DNA of 64,000 nt from Elsinoe ampelina. Lineage: Eukaryota. Below the pieces are notes generated by a model. It worked only from the letters and a program-made list of their open reading frames with translations. It was not told the DNA's origin and did no database searches. Positions 25,093 through 44,779 of the stretch are shown here, one piece after another; position 1 is the first letter of the stretch; every line of letters begins with the position of its first letter. The stretch is taken from positions 372,001-436,000 of the forward strand of contig ML992504.1 in assembly GCA_010093995.1 (NCBI GenBank), given 5' to 3'. A program made the translations under genes and the position numbers.

Positions 25093-26715
25093 ATGGCTTC
25101 ACAAGAACCGTCCGTCAAGGAAAAGGACATTGAGTCTGCCAATGCTCGTGCACCATCTGAGACACCCTCCGTCGAGAAGGGAGAGGTAGTCGACCTCAAG
25201 AAAGCAGATGCTGCTCTCGCCTTCCTCCGAGAGAGGGGTGATGTACCTGAGATGACTCCAGCGGACGAAAAGCGTCTGGTCCGCAAAATCGACTGGATGA
25301 TCATGCCGCTGATGTGGACATGCTATGTGCTGCAATAGTAAGCCGCCCAGCACCTCCCCAAGGCCCTTCTAACCCTCTCAGCCTCGACAAAACCCTCATC
25401 AACTACGCGGCCGTGATGGGATTATACGAAGACGCCAACATCACCACCGACCAATTCTCCGACCTCGCGCTCATCTTCTACGTCTCTTTCCTCGCCTTCG
25501 AGTTCCCCCACGGCTTCATGATGCAACGCTTCCCCACGGCCAAATACCTCGGCCTCATGGTCATCTGCTGGGGCGTCATCGTCACCGTCACTTCGGCATG
25601 CAAGAACTACGCAGGTCTCGTGACCACCCGCGTCTTGCTCGGTGTATTCGAAGCCGCCGTCGCCCCATCGCTTATGCTGATTACCAGCATGTGGTTCCGT
25701 CGCGAGCAACAGCCAATCCGCACAGGCATCTGGTACCTTGGCACCGGCACCGGCGTCATCATCGGCTCGCTCGTCTCCTACGGCTTCCAGCACTACGAAG
25801 GCACCACCTTCTTCTCCTGGCAAATCATGTTCCTCACCGTCGGCCTCATCACCATCTGCGCCGGCATCGCCGTCTTCCTGCTGCTTCCCGACAACCCGAT
25901 GTCGTCTCGCCTCGCGCGCACCGAGAAGTACTGGGCCATCGAGCGCGTGAGAGCGAATCAGACGGGGGTGGAGAATAAGCACTTCAAGTTGGCGCAGGTG
26001 ATGGAGTGTTTCAAGGATCCGCAGACTTGGATGTTGAGTTTGATTACGATTTCGTCGAATGTGCCGAATGGTGCGGTGTCGTCGTATCAGGCGACGATCA
26101 TTAGGGGGTTTGGGTATAATAGTAAGCAAGCTGCTTTGCTTCAGCTGCCGTCGGGTGGAGTCAGTGTTGTCTCCATTATGATCGCGACCTACCTCGCTGG
26201 AAAGTTCAATCAGCGTGGGCTCAACGTTGTGGCCTTGCTGATTCCGGGCATCATCGGAGCGTCGCTCATGGCGTACTTGCCGTCGGACAACAAGGCCGGG
26301 AGGTTGATTGGAAACTACATGACGAACACGGTCGGTGCGAGTTTGCCGTTGTTGTACTCCTGGACGAGCGCGAACTTTGCGGGGCATACAAAGAAGGTGT
26401 GCATGAATGCCACGCTGTTGGTGTGAGTACCTCTGTATCTTTGGAGGTGGACATTGCTGACTCTTCAGGTCGTTCTGTATTGGCAACATCATCGGCCCGC
26501 TTACGTTCCGTGGTTCAGCTCAAGGGGCATTCGTGGCCATTATCGTCACGTGTCTATTCGCTGCCGTCATGGCTGTGGTGTTGAGGTTCTACTACATGCT
26601 GGAGAACAGGAGGAGGGACAAGCTTGCGGCTTCCAGAGGATTGGAGCACAAGCAGGATGTGGAATTCTCGGACAAGACGGATAGAGAGAACCTCGAGTTT
26701 AGATATACATTGTAG
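25093..26715 (+). CDS. MFS transporter, allantoate permease (Dal5/ACS) family (510 aa)
   Basis: RLVRKIDWMIMP, LQYLDK, RVLLGVFEA, LLPDNP, AGHTKK and DKTDRENLEFRY motifs; introns 25338-25381 and 26423-26468. Confidence 0.92.
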
Positions 26716-26817
26716 GGTAGATAGAGTAGACAAGATGTATGATCATGACTTCGTCTTTCGACCTTTCCTATCCTATACATTTATGTGAGTAGAGATGTCA
26801 CATGACTATCCTATTCT

Positions 26818-28068
26818 TCAGATCGTGGGATTTCCGACTCCGAATACCTCTGCTTTGATCCTCTCCTGCGACACGCCCAAAGACTTCAGCGCCTTTGCTA
26901 TTGACTCCATGAACTTGTCCGGTCCGCATAGGAAGTACAATGCCTTGCTATTATCGAGGTACAGATCCTCTTCCTTGTCCAATTTCTCAAGCTGTATTCG
27001 CCCCTCCAACTCCTCTCCAAGCTTCTCGTCCTTGATCGGGCCAGTGACAAACACCTTGCTTCTCAACCTCGGATGCTGCTTCCCTAAGCCCTCCACCAGT
27101 CCTTGGAATGGTCTATCCGTCACCGAGCGGCTGCTGTGAATCCAGCTGATCTTCCGATCCCGCTCTTCCTGGCCAGGTAGGAGCGAACTGAGAATACTCA
27201 CCATAGGCGTGAGTCCGATGCCAGCGGAGATCAAGACGACCGGTTCCTCTTTTTTGCCTTGCACCAGCTTTTCCTCTTCCTCAAAGAAAAACACACCCCT
27301 GGGGAAGCTGACTTCGACTTCATCCCCGACCTCGAGCTCGTGCAGAACCCCACTGACCATCCCAATCTTCTTTGGTGTGATCCTGTATCCCTGCTTCTTC
27401 GCGTTCTCTGGCGAGTCGGAGAGAGTGTACTGTCGGATCTGTTCGACTCCTGCTTTCTCAATTCTAACCTTGACACTGACATACTGCCCTGGTTTGTAGT
27501 CCGGCAGTTCCGAGCCCTCCCAGCCCACAGGCCAGAATCGCAAGCTCATCACTTCGCCGCCCTCGTGTACCTTCTCTATCACTTTGCATCGTCTGAAGTC
27601 CCCCTCTTTGCTTCCTGTCCACTTCTGTCTCTGCGCCGCCTCGTACAGCTTCCCTTCTGCGGCAATCATCATTGCCGCGAGCTCTCCGTATGCAGCCGCC
27701 CACGCCCCTTTGAGCTCTTCTGTGAAGCCGTCTCCGAGCTCATCCCCCATGGCTCGTAGCAGGTATGCCCCAACAACATCATACTGCCCCGCTGTCACGC
27801 CCAAGCTGGCATGACGGTGGTTGATGCTCTCGACTGCGGGACCTAGTGCAGCAGGGGCGGTGATGTGTTCGGCGTAGGCGGCAAGGACCGAGGCTAGGGC
27901 CAGGGGCTGTGTTCCAGAGCGCTGATTGGTGATGTTGAAGGTGTTCCGCAGGGAAGGATTCTCGTTCAAGAGGAGATTGTAGAAGGTCTTGGTGACGGCG
28001 GGCCCATGTGAGCGGAGGACGGGAAGGGAGGACTGAACAAGAGATGTCTGAGACTCCGTCAGAGGCAT
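26818..28068 (-). CDS. YHB1: Flavohemoglobin (nitric oxide dioxygenase), 416 aa, intronless
   Basis: N-terminal globin (INHRHASLGV..QYDVVG), FAD domain (PGQYVSV, RQYTLS) and NAD domain (ISAGIGLTPM, LCGP). Confidence 0.95.
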   Translation of the reverse strand: MPLTESQTSLVQSSLPVLRSHGPAVTKTFYNLLLNENPSLRNTFNITNQRSGTQPLALASVLAAYAEHITAPAALGPAVESINHRHASLGVTAGQYDVVGAYLLRAMGDELGDGFTEELKGAWAAAYGELAAMMIAAEGKLYEAAQRQKWTGSKEGDFRRCKVIEKVHEGGEVMSLRFWPVGWEGSELPDYKPGQYVSVKVRIEKAGVEQIRQYTLSDSPENAKKQGYRITPKKIGMVSGVLHELEVGDEVEVSFPRGVFFFEEEEKLVQGKKEEPVVLISAGIGLTPMVSILSSLLPGQEERDRKISWIHSSRSVTDRPFQGLVEGLGKQHPRLRSKVFVTGPIKDEKLGEELEGRIQLEKLDKEEDLYLDNSKALYFLCGPDKFMESIAKALKSLGVSQERIKAEVFGVGNPTI

Positions 28069-28852
28069 CGTGTTGGACCCACTAAAAGAAAGTAGTTGAT
28101 CTTAGCCCAAGATGCTGTTTGTTCGGGGATCTTGCTCGTTTGAATACGGTGGAAGAGAACTCTCGCTAGAGCATGTGAGGAGCGGATATATATGTCTTAC
28201 GAAAGTGAAGAATGATGCAAACGGATTACTTTACTGTTTACTCTCTTGCTTACCAACATCAGGGTCTACATATACGCTATCGCGTAATGATATGGGTCCA
28301 TTACCATTGGCATAGTATGGAGATGCCGGAGAAGCAGAAACGCTTTGCTGATTTCTCGTCCCTGGACGCCGAGTTGGTCCGGTCGCGGCGGTCGTGATCC
28401 GTCCTTCGCCCGTGGAGACCGGGTTCGCATGTCAGTTGCAAGCACTTGGATGTATGTCGATTGTGGTGCAGTGTCGTTTGAGAAGTCTAGGCAAAGGAAT
28501 TGAACAAATGGAGGAGCGCGGCAGGCTGGGAAGCGCAACCGCATTTTGAGCTTGGCAAGTGGTGATTCCACTGACCACGTCGATAGGGAAGGAACGACGG
28601 CGTGCACAGGTCAAAATGTTTCGAAATGATCGTTGTCACCCTTTCGGCCTACAGGTACATCTTCCCAACATCGGAAGGTGACATTGGCTGTATGTGGATT
28701 TTGATTCATGCATCCCATTTTCGACCTTGGTGTAAGATCTAACCGTGGTTCTGTACCACTGTGAAGAAGCAGCAGGACGCCAGTACGACCTCAAAATCTT
28801 TCTCAATCATGCCATCCGTCACTCGCTTTCCATCCGTCCACCTGGCACCCAT

Positions 28853-29443
28853 CTACCTCTTCTTCTGCTGAGACTCCTTGAGCACCTTCTTGACGATCTT
28901 CTGCTCCTCAATGAGGAAAGCCCTGACGACGCGGTCCCTGACGCAGTTGGCGCATCGTGAACCTCCGTAGGCGCGCTGGACGGACTTCTTTGGGCGGGAG
29001 ATATTGGCGTACTCGCGGGGGCGGAGAGCAGGTACCTGTCGCATCTCCTATCAGTGACTGTTCTTTCGTCCTTGATTCTTTCATCTGCCGCGTGTGCACT
29101 TTCCATCTCTTTCTAGTTGTTCGAATTGACTTACACCTGCAAGCTTGGTTCCACAGTCACCGCATTTCGGCGCAGTACCCTTCTTCTTGATGTGCAGATA
29201 TCTGAGCTCGCCACCAGGAGTCCTGATCGTGCGGGTCTTGTTCGAGACGGTGTTGTATCTGACGCAAGCGTGTTAGTCGAGTTCGCACTTCTTTTCTCGA
29301 ATATCGCAGCGTCCAGAGGGTTGAATTTCGATGTCGGCTCGAGCATGGACTTACGGTTGCCTGCGGCGCTGCGAAATATGTTAGGACTTTGCGACTCAAG
29401 GATAATTCAGTCGACCTACGTATGTGAGTCTGTTGGAAGGCAT
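28853..29443 (-). CDS. RPL34: 60S ribosomal protein L34 (eL34)
   Basis: [64 protein letters not shown]; three canonical introns and a 14-nt micro-exon at 29368-29355. Confidence 0.97.
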
Positions 29444-29819
29444 TTTGGCGGTGTTTGACGACTATGACCTGTCGAGTTGGTGTGCTTCTCGTGGAGGAAG
29501 TTTCATGGTCGGAAATCTGTGTGCTCTGCCAAGATTCTCGGTACGGTCCGCTAGCGTCAGAACTCCATGACTTTTTCTGAGAGATGGAGATCGAGCTTCA
29601 AGATTTCGCCCGCCACAGACTCATTTGTTTTCTGGAGTGGTCACGCATCTCTTCACGCGCGGACAAGGAGTGCGCACATCTTACAGAAGGCTACTCGAGC
29701 TTCTGTGAGCTTTGCGCGCGACTGGGCTACTCGCGCATACAACAACGCCCGTGAGGGGCTAAAGCTCGTTCTTCGCCTCACTGAACTGGAGGCAGATTTT
29801 CACCCGACCTTCAGTAGAA

Positions 29820-37274
<7,455 letters not shown>

Positions 37275-37631
37275 TTTGACGGTGTTGACGGGTTAGATGG
37301 AGGAGAGAGGGATGCATGGGATGGGATGGGGGAGAGCATGGCGATGGGCGTTTGGGAGCATTGCAAAGGGAGGAGTGCAGCAATGTCGGTGTATATTACG
37401 TAGAAAATGAAGTCGTCAGACTATCATCTTGTTCTCATGATGACCCGTTACGGCACTGCATCTCCCATGATGGCCTGCAATCCCGCCACCATCCCCGTGC
37501 GTCCATACGTCATTGCAATTGTTGAAGCACCTCGCATAGTTCCGCCCTTGTACGTCGTTCATATCGACAGTGTTGATCACGGCCTGTTGTAGCTCGCCTT
37601 GCCATCCATCCTGCGCATGGACAGTGCTGAA

Positions 37632-38684
37632 TCAGGACCCTCCCATGCCCCACCACGCACGGTCTTCGTCAACCGAGACAATAGCCTCTTCGCCACTGAA
37701 GAAGTTGACTTGCTCGTTGTGCTTCTCAGCCTCCTTCCTGAGAGTCACTGCGTCTTGCGCCGAAGGGGGATCCGCCAGAATCGGCGCTGGCCCAGTGAGT
37801 CCTCGTTCTATCCTCATCGAAAAGACCGCCAGCGCAGCATACCAATCCTGGATGCAGTGGCCAGCATATCGGACGCTCACGGATCTAGGGTCGGATAAAA
37901 GACGTGGAGGCATTCGAGCTAGAAGCCGATGAGCGAGGATCGCAATTATGCCATATTGTCTCCACCAAGCCTCATCGATAGGCCAGTCAATGCTGTCTGA
38001 GGGCGGAAGATCTCCAGCTAAAAAGGCATGGTGGATGGCAGGGGGTTCTTGTAGAAGCAGCCACCGGAAGTCGTCGCATTCGAACAGATACATTGGCCCA
38101 GTCGTCTCAAAGCGGATCTGCCAAGTGTTAGACAAATCCATAGATCGAGTAAGTCTCCGTACCGAGATCTGCTGTTTTAGAGTCTCATATATGTCAAGAA
38201 TGTCGTCCGTAGTGTCGGCGTCTCCGACGGCGAATGTCTGCAATGCCTCCCAGGCTTGACGCGAAGGGATGATAGAATGAGCTGATGGACCGCATATCCC
38301 CCAACAAACCGGTCTGAGTGACTGCGATTCTTTCCAGGACCCTGTGCTCAGGTATATCTCTTTTGCAGGGCCTGCGAACTTCTGCCATGCCTCCCTTTCG
38401 ACAGCGTCGATTTGGGCCAATACCACCAGTGCTGCCTGCTTTGCCTCACCCGCAACTTGCTGTTTGCGCGCCGCTTCTTCTTCCTGCTGTTTGCGTTCAG
38501 CCTCTCTCTTCTCCTTCTGCTTTCTCACTCGATCTTGCAGTTGGCTGGCTTCAGCTCGCCGAGCGGCCTGCGCCCTGTCTTCATTCTCGATCGACTGCAA
38601 AATGCGTTCGAGGGCGGCTTCGTCGTCGTCTTCTTTGAGGCGCTTGGTAGGCCCTTCGACATCGTTGTTTGGACGTTTGCTCAT
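37632..38684 (-). CDS. Hypothetical protein with N-terminal charged coiled-coil (about 350 aa)
   Basis: 1.05-kb ORF starting MSKRPNND with an E/K/R/Q-rich helix; no family recognised. Confidence 0.6.
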   Translation of the reverse strand: MSKRPNNDVEGPTKRLKEDDDEAALERILQSIENEDRAQAARRAEASQLQDRVRKQKEKREAERKQQEEEAARKQQVAGEAKQAALVVLAQIDAVEREAWQKFAGPAKEIYLSTGSWKESQSLRPVCWGICGPSAHSIIPSRQAWEALQTFAVGDADTTDDILDIYETLKQQISVRRLTRSMDLSNTWQIRFETTGPMYLFECDDFRWLLLQEPPAIHHAFLAGDLPPSDSIDWPIDEAWWRQYGIIAILAHRLLARMPPRLLSDPRSVSVRYAGHCIQDWYAALAVFSMRIERGLTGPAPILADPPSAQDAVTLRKEAEKHNEQVNFFSGEEAIVSVDEDRAWWGMGGS

Positions 38685-40510
38685 GATGCGCAAGCGATCT
38701 TGATGAAGTAGCTATTATGGATGAAGGAGAGATTTTCTTAGATGTGAAGTGAAGGCTTCAAGTGAATGGTTGGTGCAAGATGTGTGGATAAAAATTGGCA
38801 TGTGATAGTATTATTGACTCACCTACCAAAGCCCAAGGTTCTGTGGTAATGTCTATGGACAAATTCCTTTGGATCGTTCGTTTTGAGATCTTGAACAATA
38901 CGACCTTAGAAGGGTCCAGAAAAGGGTGTTTTAAAGCCTCGATTTCTCGATCAGTCCTCATAGAGCATCCTGAAAGGCTATGACTTCCCCAGCGGGCCCC
39001 CATACCAGACAGAGGTACTACGTAGCGCGTTTCTCAGATGCTATATCGCTCCACAGCGCTGTTGAGGAGGTCATGAGAAGGCAGTATTTGGGCCCGATCG
39101 GGCTACCCAGTATCGTCGAAAGCTAGGGACACTACTAGACCAAGCTCGAATTGTCCGCAGGAGTCTCCCGGATGTGACGCTGGTAGTACTTCCTTCACTC
39201 AGGTCTCCCGATTGACAGCTTCCGAATGAGAGACCCGTCCGAAGCTCCTTGGGGCCAGGAATACTACCAGGCTCGGCTCGTTGGAGTGCATGTGTTTGTG
39301 CTGGCGTCGAGATCTGGTAGTATCTTGTCGTGGAGGATCGCCCTCTCTCTTGTCCCCGAGATGCAGATCTTCTGGCACCATTTGTCGGAGTCAGCTCAGT
39401 CTCATACGCGACCATCTCCCGTGGTAGGAATTGCAATCGGAATTCGAGCGAGTAGTGGTCATCTCAAATTACTTGTTTGTGGATGTTTGCCGGGTGATGG
39501 AGGACTACCAGCCACGCATCTATGGCAAGAATCCCCAACCGGGCCGGCAGTACGAAAGTGGTGCTGGTAGGGCATGTGCTGACATCGTCCTATCCCAGAT
39601 CCTGTCGAAACCTTGTCGACCAGAATCACGTTACAGGAAAGTAATGGTTTCTTTCACATGGCCTAGACGGGCCGTGTGTGTTGGTATGGAGATGCGTGTC
39701 AGCAAACAACGAACATCGGAAGAGGCATATCACACACGGCTCAGATCATCCCTGTCAGACTGGCAATCGTTGACAACGCTTTCTCTTGAAGCCGACAGAG
39801 ATGGTATGTATGGGTGGTCATGCCTTGTCTATCTCAGGCGCTGACTGGCGCTGGGTGTCTCGCAAGGACTCGAAACCCCACCGCAGCAACTTTGCGCCAG
39901 TCGCATGTGCATTGTCGTTTCCGGCATTATCGATATGGAAAATATCTTTCGGCGAGTTTAATGTACTCTCCACGGTTGCCATTTCGACATGGGCTGATTG
40001 TGTGCAGTATAGAAGTTGTCAAGTCCAGCTGCGCACGAGAAACCGGTCACGTGGATCTCCACCTGGCACGAGATGTAGTAAGTTAAGAGAACATTCGGCA
40101 TCGAAGTCGCATGGTTTTTGCCTAGGAAGGGAAGAGGCGAAGGAAACGGGGCATTATTAAAGTCTAATATTCATTCCGTCATGTCTGTGAGCAATTCTGC
40201 GTATATATGAGCTCTATCGTGAGCGGTCGAGTAGCTCTATGGCCCTACCATTGAGAGTGCCACACCATCTGTCTCGACGTGCTTCGAGACCGTTTTCAAT
40301 TCGGTACTGTCGGCTCCTCTCTTGCTTCATGCCGATTACACACCTTGCGTGTACCAAAGATATCAAACTGACTTCTCCTCCTATACGTCTCCATCAGCAC
40401 CCACTCATGCTCCGCCATTCCCCTCCCTCATCAGCCAGCCTCGTGATTCCTTTGCCGCTGAAGGTGTGCTGGGGTAACGAGACTCCTTCCGACACTGCCG
40501 CAATGCTGCT

Positions 40511-41571
40511 CTATTCGTCCTCCTCGCCTTCTTCCTCGCCTGGTTCCATGACGATCTCGCCGAGAGACTCGAAGGCCATGATAGCCAGAATCCAGTCGTG
40601 GGCGCACCATCCTGCAAACGTCGGCCTCTCTGCATTTTCGGGAGTGAGGAGCCATTTTTTGGGCGTCATTTTGAGTAAGCGATTAGCCATGATAGCGATG
40701 ATGGCGTACTGCTCATCATAATACCATCCGCTCATATAATGATTGAATGCGTATTGTTTCAGACTCTGTAGTACACCGTCCTCGACAAATCCTGTATCAA
40801 TATCATCCTCCTGCAATTCGAGGATGTGTTCCTCAATGAGCTCTTCATAATTGTTGACGAACTTTGTATTGATGAAGGGACGATCACCGGTCCAGGGACG
40901 AAACTCTGACTTCAACCCGCACATGAAATTGGAGAAGAAGGCATTGATGTCGAAAGGCTCGTACGGGTACATGAAGTCCACGGGGGTGGGCGCAAAGCAG
41001 TCCTACAGCTGATTAGAGGCTACGCATACTTCATCGACGAGCGGCATTACCTTTGCTAGGACTCTCAGATCAGAGAAGACTTCATCGAAGCCTGCGACCG
41101 CCCCGGACTCACAAAAGGTTATCCACTGTTCCTTGACACTGCTGCTTGGGAGTGACTTCCGGAGCATGACATCCATCTGGTCCGCTCGCGTTCCGACTCC
41201 GACTCCGCCCCTGCTTCTTCTTGCTCTTCTTCCTCGTCTTCCTCTTCGTCTTCGTCTCCCTCATTTTGTTCCTCTTGGTCGCGCTCCTGTAGTCTTGTAT
41301 CAAGCATGCTTATCTGCTTTTGCTGTGTTTCCTGACGAGCCTCATGCTGCTGGATTATCTGCGTCAGTTGCTGGATTATCTGCGTCAGTTGCTGGATTAT
41401 CTGCGTCAGTTGCTGGATGATCTGCGTCAGTTGCTGGATGATCTGCTCCTGCATAGCTTCCATGTCGGATCTTCTTTGTTCAACCATGTCCGCTAGTCTG
41501 CTGCGCTCGTCGTCGTCGTCGGATCTCTTGCGCTTGGAAACCATTTCCGGGAATGACCGTGGTGCATCCAT
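40511..41571 (-). pseudogene. Hypothetical gene with heptad repeat and acidic tract, interrupted by an in-frame TAA (or two short genes)
   Basis: The frame stays open past TAA 41121-41119 (PFVSPGAVAGFDEVFSDLRVLAK) to a GTAATG..CTAAT..TAG intron that joins in phase to ORF 40981-40511. Confidence 0.4.
41348..41446. repeat. 21-bp coding minisatellite, about 4.7 copies (TGCTGGATKATCTGCGTCAGT), encoding (QIIQQLT)n
   Basis: Head-to-tail units start at 41348, 41369, 41390, 41411 and 41432 (partial). Confidence 0.95.
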
Positions 41572-42152
41572 GCTGGCAGAAAGTATTTGAAGTTGATCGA
41601 AAGAATGGTACTAAGGAAAGTTTTATGGAATGGATGGAGATGAAAAGGCGACGGCAGAAGGGAGAGGAACCTCTGCTATAAGTAGACAGAGAGCGAAAGT
41701 GAAATGACGCCAATGAAGTGGAGCCAGTGAATTATACTCAGTGAGTTGTTCCTATGAGTTTCATGTGAAGTGATTGTCAAGATTAGTACACTTGTATGGT
41801 GAATGTAATGCGCGCTCCACATGCTTGGATAGGAGGTGAAGTGTATCTCAGGCAGGTCAGAATCCAGTTGACCACATTGTCGGTGTCACATGTGCCATTG
41901 TCTTTCATTGATGGCATTCGAGAGATTGCAGGGAGAAGCAGCCACTGACGGTGTCCATCACATGCTGCATAAATGGTCGTGAGTGGCATGTGGTGTCGGA
42001 TGTAAAGAGGCAGAGCACAGTGCTGATGTTGGGGTGGGTTTGGGTTTACCGAGGTCGACGTCACATGCATCAGACTAATTCCAAGACCGACATGAAGACT
42101 ACTCATTCCCCCTACGTTCACCTCAATTATACATATTCTGTAGGTATTCAGC

Positions 42153-42532
42153 ATGAGCGCTGGCAAAGCCTTTGGCTGGATCCTGGCAGGCACCTGCAGT
42201 GTCGCAACAGGTATATCTCTATCTCCATAGATTTGGAGAACTCCGTCTAACACTTCCAAGCATACTACACCTTCGCCCCCGAATTGCAACGCCAGCAGCG
42301 CGAACGGGAAGCTGCTTTTCAAGCACGACACCAGACTGCGCCAGTCACGCAGCAAGCCCAGGCGGCACCCGTCCCGAAGGTCGAAACACCTGCGATCCAG
42401 AGCGAGCAGATGGCCCTTGAACAAAAGGAGCCGATCAAGGACAAGATACAAAAGTCATGGCCGGGTCTATCCTGGTTCTCAACAAGCTACGGAGGGGGAA
42501 GCACATCGGAGCAGCAAGACAAGAAAGACTGA
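42153..42532 (+). CDS. Small protein with N-terminal hydrophobic anchor (109 aa)
   Basis: MSAGKAFGWILAGTCSVAT|AYYTFAPELQRQQRER...; GTATAT..CTAAC..AAG intron 42211-42260 keeps the frame. Confidence 0.65.
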
Positions 42533-42665
42533 GATCATAACATCTTGATTCAAGGACACCATCACAGACGTGCCCAACCCCACCCTTCCTTCCCACAGGG
42601 AACGAGGCTGGCTTGCACACCAAAGCTCTACACTCGAGTGTCACCCCAATACCTTCCATGCCAGA

Positions 42666-43725
42666 TCACGAAAAGTCCTCCTCCTTGTTCTCGATCGCCT
42701 CCTTGACCCGCAGGAGCAGTGTCGTCTTCCACTTATCCAGCTTCGACATCTGATCAAACTGGTACAGCTTATCGGCGAAAGCTTCTTGGTCGCCCTGCTC
42801 CACGGCTTCGGCGAGGTCGTTAAGCAGCTGGAATTCTCGAGTCTGTTGGAAGGAGGGGTCGTTTTCTTGGTAGGTAGCGAGGGCGCGGCGGGCGCCGACC
42901 ATGTCCTGGGCATGTCAGTGGGGTTCCTCCGGGGCTGGGCTACTGTGGGAGGGTAAGGCGAGCGTGAGTGGGAAAATACATACGTTAGTAGCGAGATGGC
43001 AGATGCCGGCTTTGAGGTAGTACTCTTTCACGCTCCACTTCATGAGGTTGTTGTTCAGACTTGACTTGGCCACCTTTTCGTAGTTCTGTATCGCCTTGTA
43101 GTAATCCGCTTCCAGTGCTGTGAGGTCCGCAACCTTGAGGTATAGCTTGTTCGCCAGTCTACGTCTTGTCAGCTCGTCCTCCGTGAGATCCTTCGCAGGT
43201 CATGCTTACGCTTCCGCATTATCAGCCTCGAACCACCCCGCCGCCGTCTCGTACGCCTCACAAGCCCGCTTCTGATCCCCGATGCCCACCTCGTACAGTT
43301 CCGCCAAGTTCTGCTTATTCGTCGCCGCCCGCCTGAAATTCCCCTTCATAGTATAGTGGTCGATCGCCTGATCCAGACACGTCGCCGCCTTCTCCGGCTC
43401 ATCCTGCCGGTACGCTTTGTATGCTTCCGTAAGGGTGTTGGCCGCATCGTCCGGCTCGTTGAGCTTCGTCTGTTGAATCGAGGCCGCCTTCTCAAAACAT
43501 TGTCCCGCTTCTACGTTGGACTTTTGCATCCGGAATGCGTTGGCGGCTTGTGTGTAGAGCTCTACGGCACCTTCCCATTTTTCGGTGCGGCCGCCGAAGA
43601 AGGAGAAGCCACCGCCAGCGCCTTGGGCGGCTTTGTCTGCCTGAAGAGTATTAGCAAGGTCGTTCCGGCAGTCGAGGCGGGTTGTGACAGACCTTCTGCA
43701 GAAGGGCACGTGGATCTTGGGCCAT
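42666..43725 (-). CDS. SEC17: Alpha-soluble NSF attachment protein (alpha-SNAP)
   Basis: MAQDPRALLQK|ADKAAQGA..AANAFRMQK..GNFRRAA..LMKWSVKEYYLKAGICHL..SKLDKWKTTLLLRVKEAIE; three canonical introns. Confidence 0.95.
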
Positions 43726-44051
43726 GGTGGCCTCGGGAGTCGGTGAGCCGCGGGTGTTGTGCGGATGGGGTCGTAGTGGAGCAGATGTGCTGTTCTAAAA
43801 TCTGAAGAAGGGATCCGTCAGAGGCGAAGAATGTGTGAAGTCGCAATATGAGTGTCGAAACATAACCTAGAAGCCTGCTGTGCTTGTGTCGACGTAGGCG
43901 GGGTCAGATAAGCTTTCAAGGATAAACTCTAAATTTATCCTACAACCTCACAGCTTCATTAGCCATGTCCTCGAACAACACCCGCCTTTTTTACCAACAC
44001 CAATTATACCGAATCGAGCAGACTGCAGATAGCTAGTTCATAGTCGCTGAC

Positions 44052-44708
44052 ATGTCTCTTCTCTCACCATCTACCCGCGCCCTCCGAGCTCTCCGCTGGC
44101 AAGCCCACCATCACCCACGGCTTCTCTCTTGCACCACACGCCAACAAAACAACACCTCCTCCAACCCTCCCAACAACCCTACATCCACAACTTCACCAGC
44201 CGCTCCCTCCCCATCTATCTCCTCCCCGGCACCCCCAAAGATGGACCCCGCCACCCTCCTCTCAACCCCATCTTGGTCCCCCACCTCCCTCCTCCCCTCC
44301 CCCTCCGCCCCCCATCCAGCAACCCTCACCCCCACCCTCCTACATCACCTCCTCCGCCTCTCCGCCCTCCCGCCTCCCTCTTCCCCCGAAGAAGAATCTT
44401 CTCTCCTCTCCACCCTCGCGCAACAACTGCATTTCGTCCGCCAGATCCAAGACGTAGATACTACTGGTGTGGAGCCGTTGACGGGGATTAGGGATGAGAC
44501 GGAGGTGGGGAGGAGGGAGGGGGAGTTTACTTTGGAGATGTTGCGGGAAGCGTTGGAGGGGGAGGAGGTTAGGGGGAGGTATGCGCCCAGGAGGAGGAGG
44601 AGGAGGAGGAGGCAGGAGAAGGAGGTGAAGGGGGAGGAGTGGGATGTGCTCGGGAATGCGGAGAGGAAGGTGGGGAGGTATTTTGTTGTGGAAAAGGGGA
44701 CGGTATGA
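44052..44708 (+). CDS. Mitochondrial Glu-tRNA(Gln) amidotransferase small subunit-like protein (GatF/GatC type)
   Basis: Presequence-like N-terminus; LHHLLRLSAL..QLHFVRQIQDVDTTGVEPL..NAERKVGRYFVV resembles GatC motifs. Confidence 0.7.
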   Translation: MSLLSPSTRALRALRWQAHHHPRLLSCTTRQQNNTSSNPPNNPTSTTSPAAPSPSISSPAPPKMDPATLLSTPSWSPTSLLPSPSAPHPATLTPTLLHHLLRLSALPPPSSPEEESSLLSTLAQQLHFVRQIQDVDTTGVEPLTGIRDETEVGRREGEFTLEMLREALEGEEVRGRYAPRRRRRRRRQEKEVKGEEWDVLGNAERKVGRYFVVEKGTV

Positions 44709-44779
44709 TGGCTTCGTGGGAGAGGGATTGGGGAACGGGATAGGGCATGATCAGGATGGCATTGAGCGGCATGTATATA

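Noticed and set aside
25422..26492. 356-aa minus-strand ORF (also 31131-31997, 36174-36878, 44747-45439, 53752-54636, 61134-61763)
   Set aside because: These are antisense shadows of real genes caused by codon bias, with no independent motifs.
41348..41446. CRISPR-like array
   Set aside because: Units are contiguous with no spacers, lie in a coding frame, and the genome is eukaryotic.
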